Below the pieces are notes generated by a model. That model was not told the DNA's origin. It ran no database searches and saw nothing but the letters and a program-made list of their open reading frames with translations. The position numbers and the translations under genes are program-made. DNA of 64,000 nt. Origin: Diplonema japonicum. Taxonomy: Eukaryota; Protista; Euglenozoa: Diplonemea. Below, one piece after another: positions 9,702 to 21,612 of the stretch (position 1 is the stretch's first letter; the number at the start of each line of letters is the position of its first letter). The stretch lies in contig OZ025737.1 of assembly GCA_964019335.1 (NCBI GenBank), positions 62,001 to 126,000 of the forward strand, written 5' to 3'.

Positions 9702-12366
9702 ACTTATTTTTTGGTTTGTTTTATTTTAATGTTTTTTTTTTTTTTTTTTGCCACCCCTGCCTTTTTTATTTATTATTCTTCAATTTATTTACCCCCCCCC
9801 TTATTTTTCCCTGTTTTTTGTTTTACATGCCTGATTAAGGCTGGTTATGATGGCTTTTTTTTTTATTTCTGTAAAAAAAAGAAACAAAGTAATTTAAAAA
9901 AAAAAAAGAGAAGAAGGGAAAGAAGAAAGAAAAAAAAAAGGAGAGAGGAAAGAAGAAAAACCTTTTTTCTAGTCTGTCTTATTTTTCTGATGATTTTGTC
10001 TTGCCTTTTTTTTGTGTTTTCTTTGATTCTGTTGTTTGTTGTTGTTGCTTGCTCTGGGTCGAAAAATGTTTTCTTTTTTTTTGTTTCTTATTCACACCAC
10101 TGCAGCAGAAGAAGAAGAAGAAAGAAGCTTGCCATACAAAAAAAGGGGACCCTACACTGGAGGTGTTTTTTTTTTTTTTTTTTTCCTTTTGCAGGGGGAG
10201 TCATCCCCCCCCCCCCTCCCCTTGCAAGACAAAGCAGCCAAATCAACAAGCCCCCCTGCCCCTAGAAAACCCGTGTTACAGCACCTTTGAATGCTAAATT
10301 AAAAAAAAAAAAAAAGATTTCGATGCAACTGCACGATATATGGGTGAATTAGTAAAGACAGTGCAATTTGCCACTTCGTGCCTAGCAGGAGTATACATAT
10401 AAAAAAGAACCCCTTCTCCCCCTCTAAAAAAAATTCAACACGAAAAAAAAAAAAAAAAAAAAAAAAAGCTAACATTAATTCCCCTGCCATGATAACAAAG
10501 AAAAAAAAAATCCCTCTCTTTTAGTGGCCGATATTTCTTCATTTTCAGTTTTTGAACTAGTTTGAGGAAGGACAAATTGTTTATTCTTTCCATTCTGGTC
10601 CCCCCCCCCCCCCCCCCCCTCCCCTTCTTCTTTATGTGCATATAACTCTCCTGACTTGGGGAACTCGGAAGGAAGGGACCCTGACTGGTTTTCCCTCTTT
10701 CTTATTTTTTTTTTCCCACCCCCTCTTATTCCCTGCCCCCTCTAATTTTTTTTTTCACATTTACACTACTAGTCATCTTGCTTTGAACTTTGAACTCCCC
10801 TGTTGCTGGTTGCAAGTAAATTCGTCCGGTTTCCCCCTTTTTTATTTTTTTTATTTGTACTTAACAAGTAATGCTCAATTTCTTGTAAAAAACAAGGGGG
10901 GAAAAAAAAAGAAAAAAAGAAAAAAAAAAAAAAAAGAAAAAAAAACAACAGCAAGAGTTCTGGTAGCACAAACAAATGCTAAATACCAAACTCTTTCTTT
11001 CTTTCTTTCTCTCTCTCTCTCTCTTCCCCTCATCCGTTTTCTGCAGTCCCTGAAGAGTAAGGGAACCACTTTTCTTTTGATTTTTTCCCCTTGTCTTTTT
11101 TTTTCTTTTTTTTTTTCTCTTGGGCTCTTTCGTGTATATAGGGCTTTCGCACCTTTCCTCCATCCGATCTCTAACAAACTCATCTCTGCAAGGCTGCAAG
11201 AGCCTGGTTTCTTCCTTTTCTACCCCCAGAAATCTTCTTTTTTTTTTTGACTTTTTTCATTCGACGGAAATAATAATAATAAAAAAAAAAAAAAGAATAA
11301 CAAAAAAAAAAAAGAAAAGAAGTGCAACGGTTATGCCCCCAGCTGTATTCTTTTTCTCCCTCCCCCCCCCCCCCCTTCCCCCTTTCCCTTAATCCATTTT
11401 TTTTTCTTTTTGTATAAAATAACTTTTTCTTTTTTTTTTTTACCTCCCTCCCCCCTTATGGCACTGGTGTAGGCGAATACTGAATTGTAGGAGGACGGGG
11501 GAGAGGGGGAAAAAGAAAACCATTATAAATCGGCGATTTCTTTGCCCCCCCCCCCCCCTCATTAAAAATCAAGAGAAGGAGGGGCTAAAGAGACAAGTCA
11601 CCCACTAAGTGGGCGAAAAGTAATTTTAATTATGCTATTGATTTGATTTCAAGTGGAGGGTGGGGGGGCGGTTCGTCGCCCTTACCCCTTTTGTATTTCT
11701 TCTTCTTCTTTTTTCTTTTTACCCCCTACGGAAGTTCTCAGATGATAGCGCCCCCTGCCTCACCCTTTCTCTTCCTTAAAACACATACACGAGAAGAAAG
11801 AAACATTAAAAATATTTTTCGCGCGCATTTCCCCCTTTTTTTTCTTATTGGTTTTTCCTTCACTTTTCTTCAGGAATTGGAGAAATTTGTACACGGGGAA
11901 AAAAAAATAATAATATCCCCCCCCCTCCTGTAATGGAGATTTTTTTTGAGTCCCCTTTTTCTCTTCTTTAGCTTATTTCCTTTTTGTGAATGAGCTTCCT
12001 CTCCCAATCACATTTATTTTGCTTTTTTTTTTTCCCCTTTAAATTGAATCAAGAATTTTTTCTCTTGACTTACACTGACAAAACAAACAAAACAAAACAA
12101 AATCACCCCCCCCATTTTTTATTTTTGTTCCTTCTTTTTTTGTCGTTAGGCGATTCTGTCATATACTGCAGGTTCCCATCAAGGACATCTCTTTCTTTTC
12201 TTTCTTTCTTTTCTTCTAAATTTTTCTTTTTCTCCCCTCCCCCCCTTTGCAATTTTTATCTTTATTTTTTTTTTTTTGCCCCAAAAAATGTAATTCAAAA
12301 AAAAAAAAAAAGGGCGAGGGAGGGAAAATCCCATGTATAAAAAAGAATAAAAAAAAATAAAAAAAA

Positions 12367-14515
12367 ATGAAACCCCGTCCACGAATTGGGTTCTCTGCCT
12401 TGAGGGTTGTTATGATCTTGTTAGTGGCTTTAAGCTCTCTTGTTCTGCTCTGGGAGGTGCGAAACTTCAATACCCGAACACACACAAACACCCCAGCCCC
12501 AATAGCTGTTGAAGAGCACGAGTGGGAACCGCTGATGACTGCGATTCTCGATAAAGACGAAACCCGGAAAATCTTGCAACCCGACCGGTGCTTCCACATC
12601 AGAAACATCAAATGCGAAACGGCAACATGGTCCATCTTTGGCGATCGTCTTGCCGTTGGTGGACCCCCGTTGTCTATTAGACCAATACCTTCCCGCTCCT
12701 CTAACACCTCCATCTCACTCCAACTCTGCTCTGACAACACACGATTCATTTCACAAACCGGATGCATTCTTGGCGTAACATCCAAAACCCAAACACCATA
12801 CACCCTACGAAAAGGATATTACGGTGAGGAAAACATTCGTTTGGAAATTACAAACTGGCCGTTTCACATTGTAACTACAGAAAACGGATTTCTTACAGTG
12901 ACAGGTGACGACGAACTTACAGATAAAGAAGAACGAAGAAGGGAGGGAGAATGGGTGCTTATACCGGCAACAACAACTACAACAGAGTTCGATGAAGATG
13001 TCAACACAATAACACTAGAGAGGAATCCTTCGATGATGCCTATGAAGGACACTTTCGATAAGGTACCTTGTGACAGGTCGTTTCACGGATGCTGCAACCC
13101 TTTGAAAAAACCTGGTTTTGAACAACCAAAAACCCCTCTAAAAGGACCGCAATACAGTACACAGATCACCGCCACGGCGGTTATCGTATCAAGCAGCGTG
13201 ACTCTTCCGCAAAGGGTCCCAATAGTGGTGTCGTGGCTCCGATCGTCCCTCTTCACAAACAAAATAATATCCTTGGACTGCGGTGTGAAACGGAATGTTA
13301 AATCAAAATTCAAAGATGAGTACGCCACATTTCTTATTGGACCGCAGGGTCCTCCTGTACCCGGCATGTCTGAGGTCACTTTACGAGTCCCAATGGTTCT
13401 TCACTGGTGTTTTCACAACACCCCCTCCGACTGGTATTTCATGGTGGATGACGATACATTGGTCTTTCCGGAAAACATGAAATGGGTTATCTCGCATCTA
13501 CCTGACCCAAGAGCCACGCCACTGTACATCGGTCACACTTCAGAATGGTTGGAAAAAACAAGGTACCACGGCGACATGGCGTTCGGAGGAGGGGGAAGCT
13601 TGGTCTCGAAAAAATCCGGCGAAATATGGAAAACCCTGTTCGACGATGTGGAGCCGAAAAATGCAGCAATGAAATGGTTGAAATCCGGGAGATGCTCGCA
13701 TTCTGGGGGGGACGGGTCGTTCTGCCGCTGCCTTGACTGGGCCATGGAGTCATCCTCGGACACAACTGCGTCCACCGGTCACTTCATCGACTGGAAGGGA
13801 TTCCATCAGTTCGACATAGTTGGGACTGGTAATATTCTGAAGATCATCAAATGCCCTCGTTGCCCCGACCCGACCGACCTTACACTTTTGTGGATATGCG
13901 ATGTTGTAGGCAGTCAGCCTGTCATCACGCTTCACCACCTTTTGGCTATCAAAACCGGTTCTATATACCCGGGGGCAAACGGGACCGAGACGGCTAGTAT
14001 TTTAATGAAATCTTATGAGGGTTTGCCTCCGTCTGCGTTCCTCCGCAGGGTTTGTGGGCGCGATGCGGAAGGGAGGTTCACACTATGTGTCAATCTCGGG
14101 CTGTCTCTGCAGATATTCCCCCCGGAGGTGACGCCCGTGGCTGCCCTGGCTCTCCTTGTGAAGCAATCACCTTCTGCCGGTGCGGACCCTCAAGAGAAGC
14201 TCACAGCAGTCGCGGTCCTCCCCCATGTTTCACGACTCATGTGCACTATGTTCTTCAGCTCTTCCATTGATGATGTTCACAAGCAATCTTACAAAGGGCT
14301 TCCTGGGGTGCACCCCCGTCCAAAATATTCTGCTGAGTGTATTGGGACATCGGAAGTAGAGATCCAAGCAGCCGCTAAAACTATGACCGCAAAGGTTTCT
14401 TTCTTTCTTTTTTTTTTTTTTTTTTTTAATTGTAACTCAATTTTTCCCCCTCCTACAGATAACCTTCCAGGGGAGCACTGTTACGTGGGTTGAAGATTTG
14501 TCACACATCGTGTAA
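12367..14515 (+). CDS. Fringe-like/GT31 beta-1,3-glycosyltransferase, type II membrane; intron 14395-14458
   Basis: N-terminal TM helix; DWYFMVDDDTLVF (DxD), PLYIG, MAFGGGG, FHQFD, ITLHH. Splicing replaces a poly-F tail with ITFQGSTVTWVEDLSHIV-stop. Confidence 0.85.
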
Positions 14516-14730
14516 AGAGGCGAAGGAGTGTGGTGTGTTTGTTTCAAGGAAAGAAAGAGGGAGAAGGGGTGGACGTGTAATCCCCCCTCTTTCTAAAGGA
14601 ACCGAGGGTTTAAAAAAAAAAAAAAAGTCTCTCCCTCTTTTTTCCCTCTTTTCGAAGTTTTCTTCTTTTTTTCTTCTTCTTTCTTATGCCATATATTTCC
14701 ATCCAAACGCTTGTCCACCATAGTAAGGGG

Positions 14731-16200
14731 ATGGGTTGCATCTCAAGCAAGCCCGCACAGCAGGGGACAGGGCAGGGCGCGCAGCAGGCCGACGTCACAT
14801 TCAGTTCGGCGGACGTAGCGATTTTGCAGTCACATTTATGGAACATTATATTGTTGTGTGTGAAAGAAGTTGAAAAAGTAGAGAGGTTCTCCGCAGTGCA
14901 GCGGTTCATCGACGACATCCGACAGTCGATAAAGGAAGATGAGTATCAGGTCCCAACCGACGAGGAGCTGGCTTGCCGGCTGCTCAGCGACACAGTGGAA
15001 CGTGAGAACGGTGGGGCCGACCTTCATTTCGTACATAAGCTAGAAACAGAAGACCAGGTTCTCAACATCGTGCTGGCACCCGACAAGAAGGAAGTCCGCG
15101 ATGCGTCCCTCGAGGTCCTGCTTCAATGGTACGTGACGAGCTACGATGCCGAGCTGATGCTGGCCAACCTAAGCTGTTCGCAAGGCGCCGACGACAGCGG
15201 TGACACGTCCCCCGAGGAGGACGATGAAGGGCTGGCATCATCGTTCATTTCCTTTGCATGGAAAGGCTCCCTTGACGTGGGGTCCCCTGTCTTTCCAGCG
15301 TCACCTGTCGCCGATACATCACCTCTGCTGTCTCCCTCAACACCGGAGAGCGTGTACGCACGAAGAGGTTTCGTTGATGAAATCAAGAAACGTGGGGAAG
15401 GTTTGGAACAGCTAGCCACAGCATTGAGGAGCGCACTGCGTGGTGCGCTGCGGAGGTATTCGACAAGCCACCACGACGAGAGGTCGAAGCGGCAACAATC
15501 CGATGCGCAAATGCTGGCTGGTTCGGAGTGGAGCAGGGACAGGGCACGTGCCTTTCAACGCTGCCGGTCGCTATCAAACACGCACACCTCACTCCTTCCC
15601 CCGCTTTCCGAAGAAGCACCTCTCACAGTCGTCCTCGATCTTGATGAAACACTGGTTTACGCACGAAGGGGGCCTTTATGGGTCAGACCGGGTGTGCCAC
15701 AGTTTCTGAAATCCTTGAAGGACATGGGGTGTGAGATTGTATGTTGGACGGCATCGAACAGAGCCTACGCTGGAGGCATTCTAGGGAAGCTCGACCCCGC
15801 AGGGGAGATGGTCTCGCAGTGCATTTATTCCCATCCGAAATGGCTGCAGAATCGTTATGGCCCTAGTGCCAAGGACCTGTCTTTGATAGGGCGGAGCATG
15901 GAGACCACCATCATCATCGACAATCTTCCCGACACGGTCGTGGGGAACGAGGCCAACGCCATCGTGGTGGAGAACTACGAGGGGTGTGAGCTGCACGGGA
16001 ACACGCTGAGCACCCTTACCAAGGTCGTCGCAGATATCATCGCCTCGAAGAAGCCTGTCCCCCTGTTCCTCAAGGACAGCTCGGCAGCACCTGACAACTA
16101 CCTCAAATACTGCGAACGTTCCCTGTCCCCCTGTTCACTCGGCTCCATCTGGTGCTACATGCTCAATTCTGAACCTTCTTCGTTTTCGTTCCCAATTTGA
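14731..16200 (+). CDS. NIF/FCP1-SCP family HAD phosphatase with N-terminal acylation motif
   Basis: VVLDLDETLV, VRPGV..FL, WTAS..YA, KDLS.IGR, IIIDN. The likely start is MGCISSK at 14731; the ORF track starts at 14686. Confidence 0.88.
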   Translation: MGCISSKPAQQGTGQGAQQADVTFSSADVAILQSHLWNIILLCVKEVEKVERFSAVQRFIDDIRQSIKEDEYQVPTDEELACRLLSDTVERENGGADLHFVHKLETEDQVLNIVLAPDKKEVRDASLEVLLQWYVTSYDAELMLANLSCSQGADDSGDTSPEEDDEGLASSFISFAWKGSLDVGSPVFPASPVADTSPLLSPSTPESVYARRGFVDEIKKRGEGLEQLATALRSALRGALRRYSTSHHDERSKRQQSDAQMLAGSEWSRDRARAFQRCRSLSNTHTSLLPPLSEEAPLTVVLDLDETLVYARRGPLWVRPGVPQFLKSLKDMGCEIVCWTASNRAYAGGILGKLDPAGEMVSQCIYSHPKWLQNRYGPSAKDLSLIGRSMETTIIIDNLPDTVVGNEANAIVVENYEGCELHGNTLSTLTKVVADIIASKKPVPLFLKDSSAAPDNYLKYCERSLSPCSLGSIWCYMLNSEPSSFSFPI

Positions 16201-16227
16201 TTATTATTTTTTTTTTCTTCTTTTCTT

Positions 16228-16422
16228 CCAGGGCTGCTGTTTAGGGGTTGGGGTCTCGGCTCCGGTCCGGGCTACATGCCAAACCCTCTAACTCAGCGAC
16301 TCTGCCACACCACTAGTCAAGGTGTGCTTCGTAAGGGCATCGCTGGTCTACGTGAGGGCTGGTCGTGGGAGCCCTCGTGACTCAAACACCGGTAGTAGAC
16401 ATACAGCGACCGTACAAATCCC
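16228..16422. other. GC-rich structured island downstream of the phosphatase stop (structured RNA or retroposon 3' remnant)
   Basis: Nested stems cagcga/tcgctg, tgcc/ggca, cacacc/ggtgtg, gagggct/agccctc, gtctac/gtagac. The minus strand ends in a GAA/A-rich tail. Confidence 0.4.
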
Positions 16423-16850
16423 ATTCATATTTTAAAAGTAACTTTTATTTATTTGCTCATTCTTCCATTTGTGTGCTGTGTTTGTTGTGTTTTTTTATTT
16501 TGAGAAGGAGTGGGGGGGGGGGGGTAAGAGAAAGGAAAAAAGGGAAGGGTTAAAAAAAAAGAAAGAAGAAAGGAGGGGGGGGGGGAAATCACGGGTAAAT
16601 ATATATACATGTCTTTTTCTGCGAAAAAAAAAGTAATCTGTAGTTTTTTTTTAAAAAAAAAAAAACATACCTGCTACCTTCTACCCCACACCCCCTTCTC
16701 CCTCCCTCCCCCCTGCTAGTCTTTCTCGCCTCCCCCCTCCCTTTAGTATTTTAATTATATTGGTTTTTTCTTTTTCTTTTTTTTTTTTTTTGCCTGTTTT
16801 CTCCTCGGTGTTTTGATAGGCTTACCTGGATAGGTAAGCAGAAAAAAAAA

Positions 16851-17165
16851 ATGGGTAGAAAGCCATTTTCCTTGGATCTGGTGAAGAAGAAAGTGAACAG
16901 GTCAGTTGTGAACGGCTACCTGATGTACAAAATGACATGCAGCGTAAACGTGACGTGTGCTGCCTGCGCGAAGGAAAAATCAGTGATGAAAATCTCATAC
17001 AACGTAGAGAAGGGAACGGCACTCTGCCGCTCGTGCTTCCAAAAAATGCTGAACGAAAAGGGGAAGAAGAAGGTGGAAAGGCGCGAGAAACGAAAGGAAT
17101 CGGAAAAAGAAGAAAAAGAAGAAGAGGAGCAGACAAAAACCACCAAAGAAACACAATCAGAATAA
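16851..17165 (+). CDS. Small basic protein with two CxxC motifs (putative zinc binding) and a charged tail
   Basis: 104 aa ORF of normal complexity between homopolymer tracts; CAAC and CRSC. Confidence 0.55.
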   Translation: MGRKPFSLDLVKKKVNRSVVNGYLMYKMTCSVNVTCAACAKEKSVMKISYNVEKGTALCRSCFQKMLNEKGKKKVERREKRKESEKEEKEEEEQTKTTKETQSE

Positions 17166-17265
17166 AATTATTTCTCTCTCTTTTTTTCCTCCTCCCCCCC
17201 CCCCCCCCCCCACGCCAAAATCCCCACAGGACGAGCACACAAAAAAAAAAAAAAAGAAGAAGAAA

Positions 17266-19044
17266 ATGGTAATGGGTATACTGCCCAGCCTCTGCCTGCT
17301 GGTCCTTATCCCCAATGTGGAGGCTGCAGGCGGTACGAAGCTGTGGGAGCTTGGGTTTGCAGTGGAGGACAATCCATTGACGGTCTTTCTTATGTTTTGT
17401 TTTGTGGTGTTTTTAACCATTGTGATCGAACTGGCAAAGCACTCCGCAGAGACGAAAACAAAGGATCGAAGTAGAAGAAAGGCTCTCGGCGCCGTGTACG
17501 CCGAGCTCATGATGGTTGGCGTGATCAGTTTCTTGTTGATTTTAACAGCGGAACTGGGTGTGCTTGACATCCGACTCGGCGACTGCGACTCACCGTCATC
17601 AGCACCCGTTGACCCTAACACGCCCCTTCCTGCTGCGGGGTCGACTCCTTTGCCCACCACCCTTGCTACCCCGGCACCGGTAACTTCAGCGTCAGGATCT
17701 GCATCAAGCTCGGAGTGTGGTATCGGGTTTGATTTGATCCTCTTTGAGTACGCGCATCTTGTGTTGTTCTTCATGGGGCTCACCTACTGCGTGTTCATGT
17801 TGGCAGCGTTCTTCCAACGTGACAGGATGTGCAAAGAGATCACAGAACTTCAAGAAACCTCCCTTCACGACTGGTACGTTGAGAAACCTAAACCAATGTC
17901 AGTCAGCGGTATCATGGGCGCGTACATGTGCCTGCGAGGCGGCCCATGGGCACGATCGATCCTCACCATGCGTGCAGCGATTGTCGTTCATCACGAGGAC
18001 ACATTAAAAGCCATCTGCGATCCGAAAAGGGTAGCGGTGGAGAGGAAGGTAGCAAGGCATAGAAGACTGCTTCCGCCTGGCAAGCTCCCTGCTCCTGAAG
18101 ATGCCGTGCATCAGTTCGACATTTCAAGGTTTGCCAAACTAGCAATGAGCGAGGTTCTTGTCGAGCTGCTGCACATCCCACCTGTGGTGTGGGGCGCGGT
18201 GCTGTTCCTTGCCGCAGCGAACTTAATCCACAAAGCGGGCCTCCCATTGGCAGACGCTATGATCATAGCATCATTCTTCGGGCCCATCCTTGGTATCGTG
18301 GTGTTGTGGAGAATCTCCATTCAACTGTCACTTGTCATCCAACGGTCTGCTGGCCACCCCGACCTTGCTCGTGTTGAGTTTAAAAGAATTGCAGGAGCAA
18401 CACCTTTAAACATCGATGCGAGGTATACCCGTGAAGGAATCGCGTGGGCGCAAGGTGGGGAGGACCCGTGGGAAATTCTGACAGGGTGCTGTGTCGACGG
18501 GTCGACATGGGATTTCTTAGACCCGTTGGACCCGCTTGCTCTGGAGAGGCAGATTCAGATTGTCATTTTCGCATCGTGTTTCTTCACCGGTCAGATCTGC
18601 ATGCTTTCAACGTTGATTTTCGACACTTCAGGGATAGGGGCGTTACTCTTCTGTTGGTTGACACCGATACCGCCTTTGTTGTTTTGGGTGCCGAGGACGT
18701 TGATGATATACGCACTGGTGCATCGGAGTAAGGAAGCTCCCCAGGATTGGCTGAAGTTCGCGTTGCAGCTGGAGGAGGATCCCGAGCCGAGCAAGGATGT
18801 TGGTACCCACTTTCATGAGGAAGACGGACAGTTGTATAATGATCACGGCGAACATGTTTTCGATCGTCCCAATGCAAAGCTGCCCCATCAGACGGTTAAC
18901 TTGTCTGAAGATGCTTCGCAGATCAACGCGCACTCCCCGAGGCACCACTCTCCTGCGCACGGGCACCCGACACGTTACCAAAACTTGTCGTTCTCCCCGT
19001 CGAACCAGAGCTTCACAGCGGCGTACCAGCCTTCTCATCATTGA
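17266..19044 (+). CDS. MLO-like multi-pass membrane protein
   Basis: ELMMVGVISFLL matches the MLO ELMLLGFISLLL motif, followed by a Cys-containing loop, HLVLFF and FDISRF (MLO FDFxKY), with about 7 TM helices after a signal peptide. Confidence 0.75.
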   Translation: MVMGILPSLCLLVLIPNVEAAGGTKLWELGFAVEDNPLTVFLMFCFVVFLTIVIELAKHSAETKTKDRSRRKALGAVYAELMMVGVISFLLILTAELGVLDIRLGDCDSPSSAPVDPNTPLPAAGSTPLPTTLATPAPVTSASGSASSSECGIGFDLILFEYAHLVLFFMGLTYCVFMLAAFFQRDRMCKEITELQETSLHDWYVEKPKPMSVSGIMGAYMCLRGGPWARSILTMRAAIVVHHEDTLKAICDPKRVAVERKVARHRRLLPPGKLPAPEDAVHQFDISRFAKLAMSEVLVELLHIPPVVWGAVLFLAAANLIHKAGLPLADAMIIASFFGPILGIVVLWRISIQLSLVIQRSAGHPDLARVEFKRIAGATPLNIDARYTREGIAWAQGGEDPWEILTGCCVDGSTWDFLDPLDPLALERQIQIVIFASCFFTGQICMLSTLIFDTSGIGALLFCWLTPIPPLLFWVPRTLMIYALVHRSKEAPQDWLKFALQLEEDPEPSKDVGTHFHEEDGQLYNDHGEHVFDRPNAKLPHQTVNLSEDASQINAHSPRHHSPAHGHPTRYQNLSFSPSNQSFTAAYQPSHH

Positions 19045-19896
19045 AACTTTTTTTTTTTCTGTTCTGTTTTTTATTTGGATTCGTTACTTTTTTCTTTCTT
19101 CAGGAAGTATAGTACTGGTGACACAGGGCAGGGCTGCTGTGTGTATAAAGATAAGAAAGGGCGGGGGTGGGAATTCCCCCCCCCCCCCCCCTATTCTTTG
19201 AAAGACAATGAAAGGGTGTATACACGATTTTCTTTTTCGTTATTATTATTTAAACCCCACCTTCTCTCTCCGCCTATTGTCATGGGTATCCGACACGGCA
19301 CACAGAAAAAAAAAAAAAAAATAGCCTTTGCATCTTTATAAAAAAGTATTAAAAAAAGCGGGCTAGGGAAGTGAAGCGTAAACTTGCGATTGAACGCCAG
19401 GGGGGAGAACAAAAAAACGCCAGGGAGGGGCAAAAAAAAAAAGTCTTCTTTAGCTAGATGGTTCTTTTTTTTTTCAGTATTTTTTTTTTTCCACCAAACC
19501 TCTTGTAGCGTGAAAGAGAGAACCGGGAGGGGAGGGACAAACTCATCAAACAGTAAAGTGAAGAAAGAAAGAAAAAGAAGAAGAAAAAAAAGTGCACCAA
19601 AGCGGTGTATATTGCCCCATACATCACGCAGTGGCACTCCGCTGAAAACGAGCACGGAATAAAGAGGGGCGAGAATTCTTTATCAAGAAGAAAAAAAAAA
19701 AGATATCTTTCTTTCCCTTAGATCCCCTATGTTTTTCCATGTGCGGGGCAAATACACACTCCCCTCTCCCTCCCCCTCCCCTTCCTCTCCTTTTCCCTTT
19801 TGTGTGCATTAGTATGAATTTTCTTTCTTTTTTTTTTTTTTTTACTCATCACCATCACTTATCTCAAGAATAAAAGAAGGAGGGCTTTTAAAGGGG

Positions 19897-19928
<32 letters not shown>

Positions 19929-19931
<3 letters not shown>

Positions 19932-20492
19932 AAGGTAGGTTTCATAGAAGAATGGCTGAAGTCCTCAGGGGAGGGGGTCCCTTACGATGTGGAATCCAAA
20001 CATGAAAAGGTGAAAAACTCACTCAGAATGTACACAAAATTAGTAAAAGAGAAGAGAGAAGCTGCACCCGTAACGGAAGATAGACCAAAGGGGAGGGTGG
20101 TGGAGTGCGTGGTCCCAATGACAATAGGGTCTGTGCTTATTGATGTAGGGGATAGGGGGTACTTGGAGGCTATTGTGCACACGAGTTACATTGTGAACAT
20201 TTGCTCAATAGTCGTGGCGGTGCCGTCGCAGACCTTTCAGATACTTTCAATGCCAAGATCGCAAAAGACTGTAGTGCTCCAGAAGGCGCTCCCGCCTCAG
20301 TCGTCGGCGCTTCTCCCGGAGCCCCACCAGCCTCTGCCCATAGGAACTAAAGGCACCCTCCTGCAGTTGTTGATAAACCCCTCTGCAACAGATGTGTTTG
20401 GTGTGCATACAGCTGCCGTGCGCTTTGGGTCTCAGATTGTCACAGATGTCCCATTGTATTGCATCACCCCTAGACTGAGAGTAAGAGCATGA
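19929..20492 (+). CDS. Hypothetical protein (187 aa)
   Basis: Uninterrupted normal-complexity ORF on the coding strand; ATG follows an A-run as for other genes here. Confidence 0.65.
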
Positions 20493-20854
20493 TTTTTTTT
20501 TTTTTTTTTTAATAGCTGTAAATATTTGATCAAAGAAAAGGGGGGGGGGTAAGGGATGAAAAAAAATGCCCCCCCCTCCCCCTAGTAAGGCCACAACCAA
20601 GCTACTATGGTTGAAGTGCCGCAAGAAAAGATCGGAAAAATTGGAGGTTCTCCGGGCTTAACCCCTCTCCCCTGACTTTTTCTTCTTTTTTTTTTTCGAG
20701 ACAACTTTTTTTTTTTTTATAATTCCTCTTAAATTTTTTTTTCTTTCCAATTCTTTTTTTTTTTTTTATATATAAATTCCCATTTTCCTTATTTAAAAAT
20801 TTTTTTTTCACTCCCAAGTTTTTACTTCTCATTGGTCTCACCTCCAGAAAAAAA

Positions 20855-20885
<31 letters not shown>

Positions 20886-20971
20886 CCCATCTTCCTGTTC
20901 GGCATTCTGAATGGGGGTAAAAGTAAAAGTCGATACTGGATGAAGTAAAAAAAAAAAGGGGGAAAAAAAAA

Positions 20972-21386
20972 AACTATTTATTTAGTGAAAATAAGATCAA
21001 ATGATTTTCACGCGTTGGTGGCAGTGTTTTAACAAGTGGGTTTATAACTTCATGAATTTTGCTTTACTCACTTCGCTTGTGAATTTACGTCAACATGTTA
21101 AACATACCACCACAAGAGAAAATCGGATCTATTTTTCACTAAATCCGTTGTTTTTATTTCACGACAGCCAGATTTGAAAGTGTGGGGTACTACAGGCTTC
21201 AAGTTACAAATTACAATTTTTTTACTGGGTGCTTATGACATTGATATTGATGTCAAGGCATATCCTGTGTGGCGCAGGCTGGCCCCACTGAAATCTGGCG
21301 TGAAAATAAAAGTGAAGCGTGAAAATAAAAGTGAAATATTATAATTCACCCCCCACAGTTGAAAATCTGACTGGAGTTATATAAAA
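20972..21386 (-). mobile_element. Non-autonomous hairpin element related in architecture to the Crypton-like element at 47152-48420
   Basis: Starts AACTATTTATT; imperfect hairpin 20979-21144 with apex ctcacttcgcttg; inverted repeat pair 21150-21186 / 21349-21386. Confidence 0.65.
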
Positions 21387-21612
21387 AAAAAAAAAAAAAA
21401 GGCAAAAATTTATAAAAAAAGAACCAAGTCAGTGCCAAAACAAATGGAGCCTCCCAACCATCTTAGAGAGTATAGTCAAAGCTGAGTTAATTTACTGTCA
21501 TCGTTTCTTTGGAATTGAAAACGATTTAACTGACCGACCAACTAAGTGTATCTATTGCTATTTCTTTTTACTCGCTTGGAGAGAGAGAGAGGGGTGGGGT
21601 TTTTTTTTTTTT

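Noticed and set aside
21298-21335. Short direct repeats as a possible CRISPR-like array
   Set aside because: Only two abutting copies with no spacers, in a eukaryotic context. No tRNA, rRNA or CRISPR array was recognised anywhere in the window.
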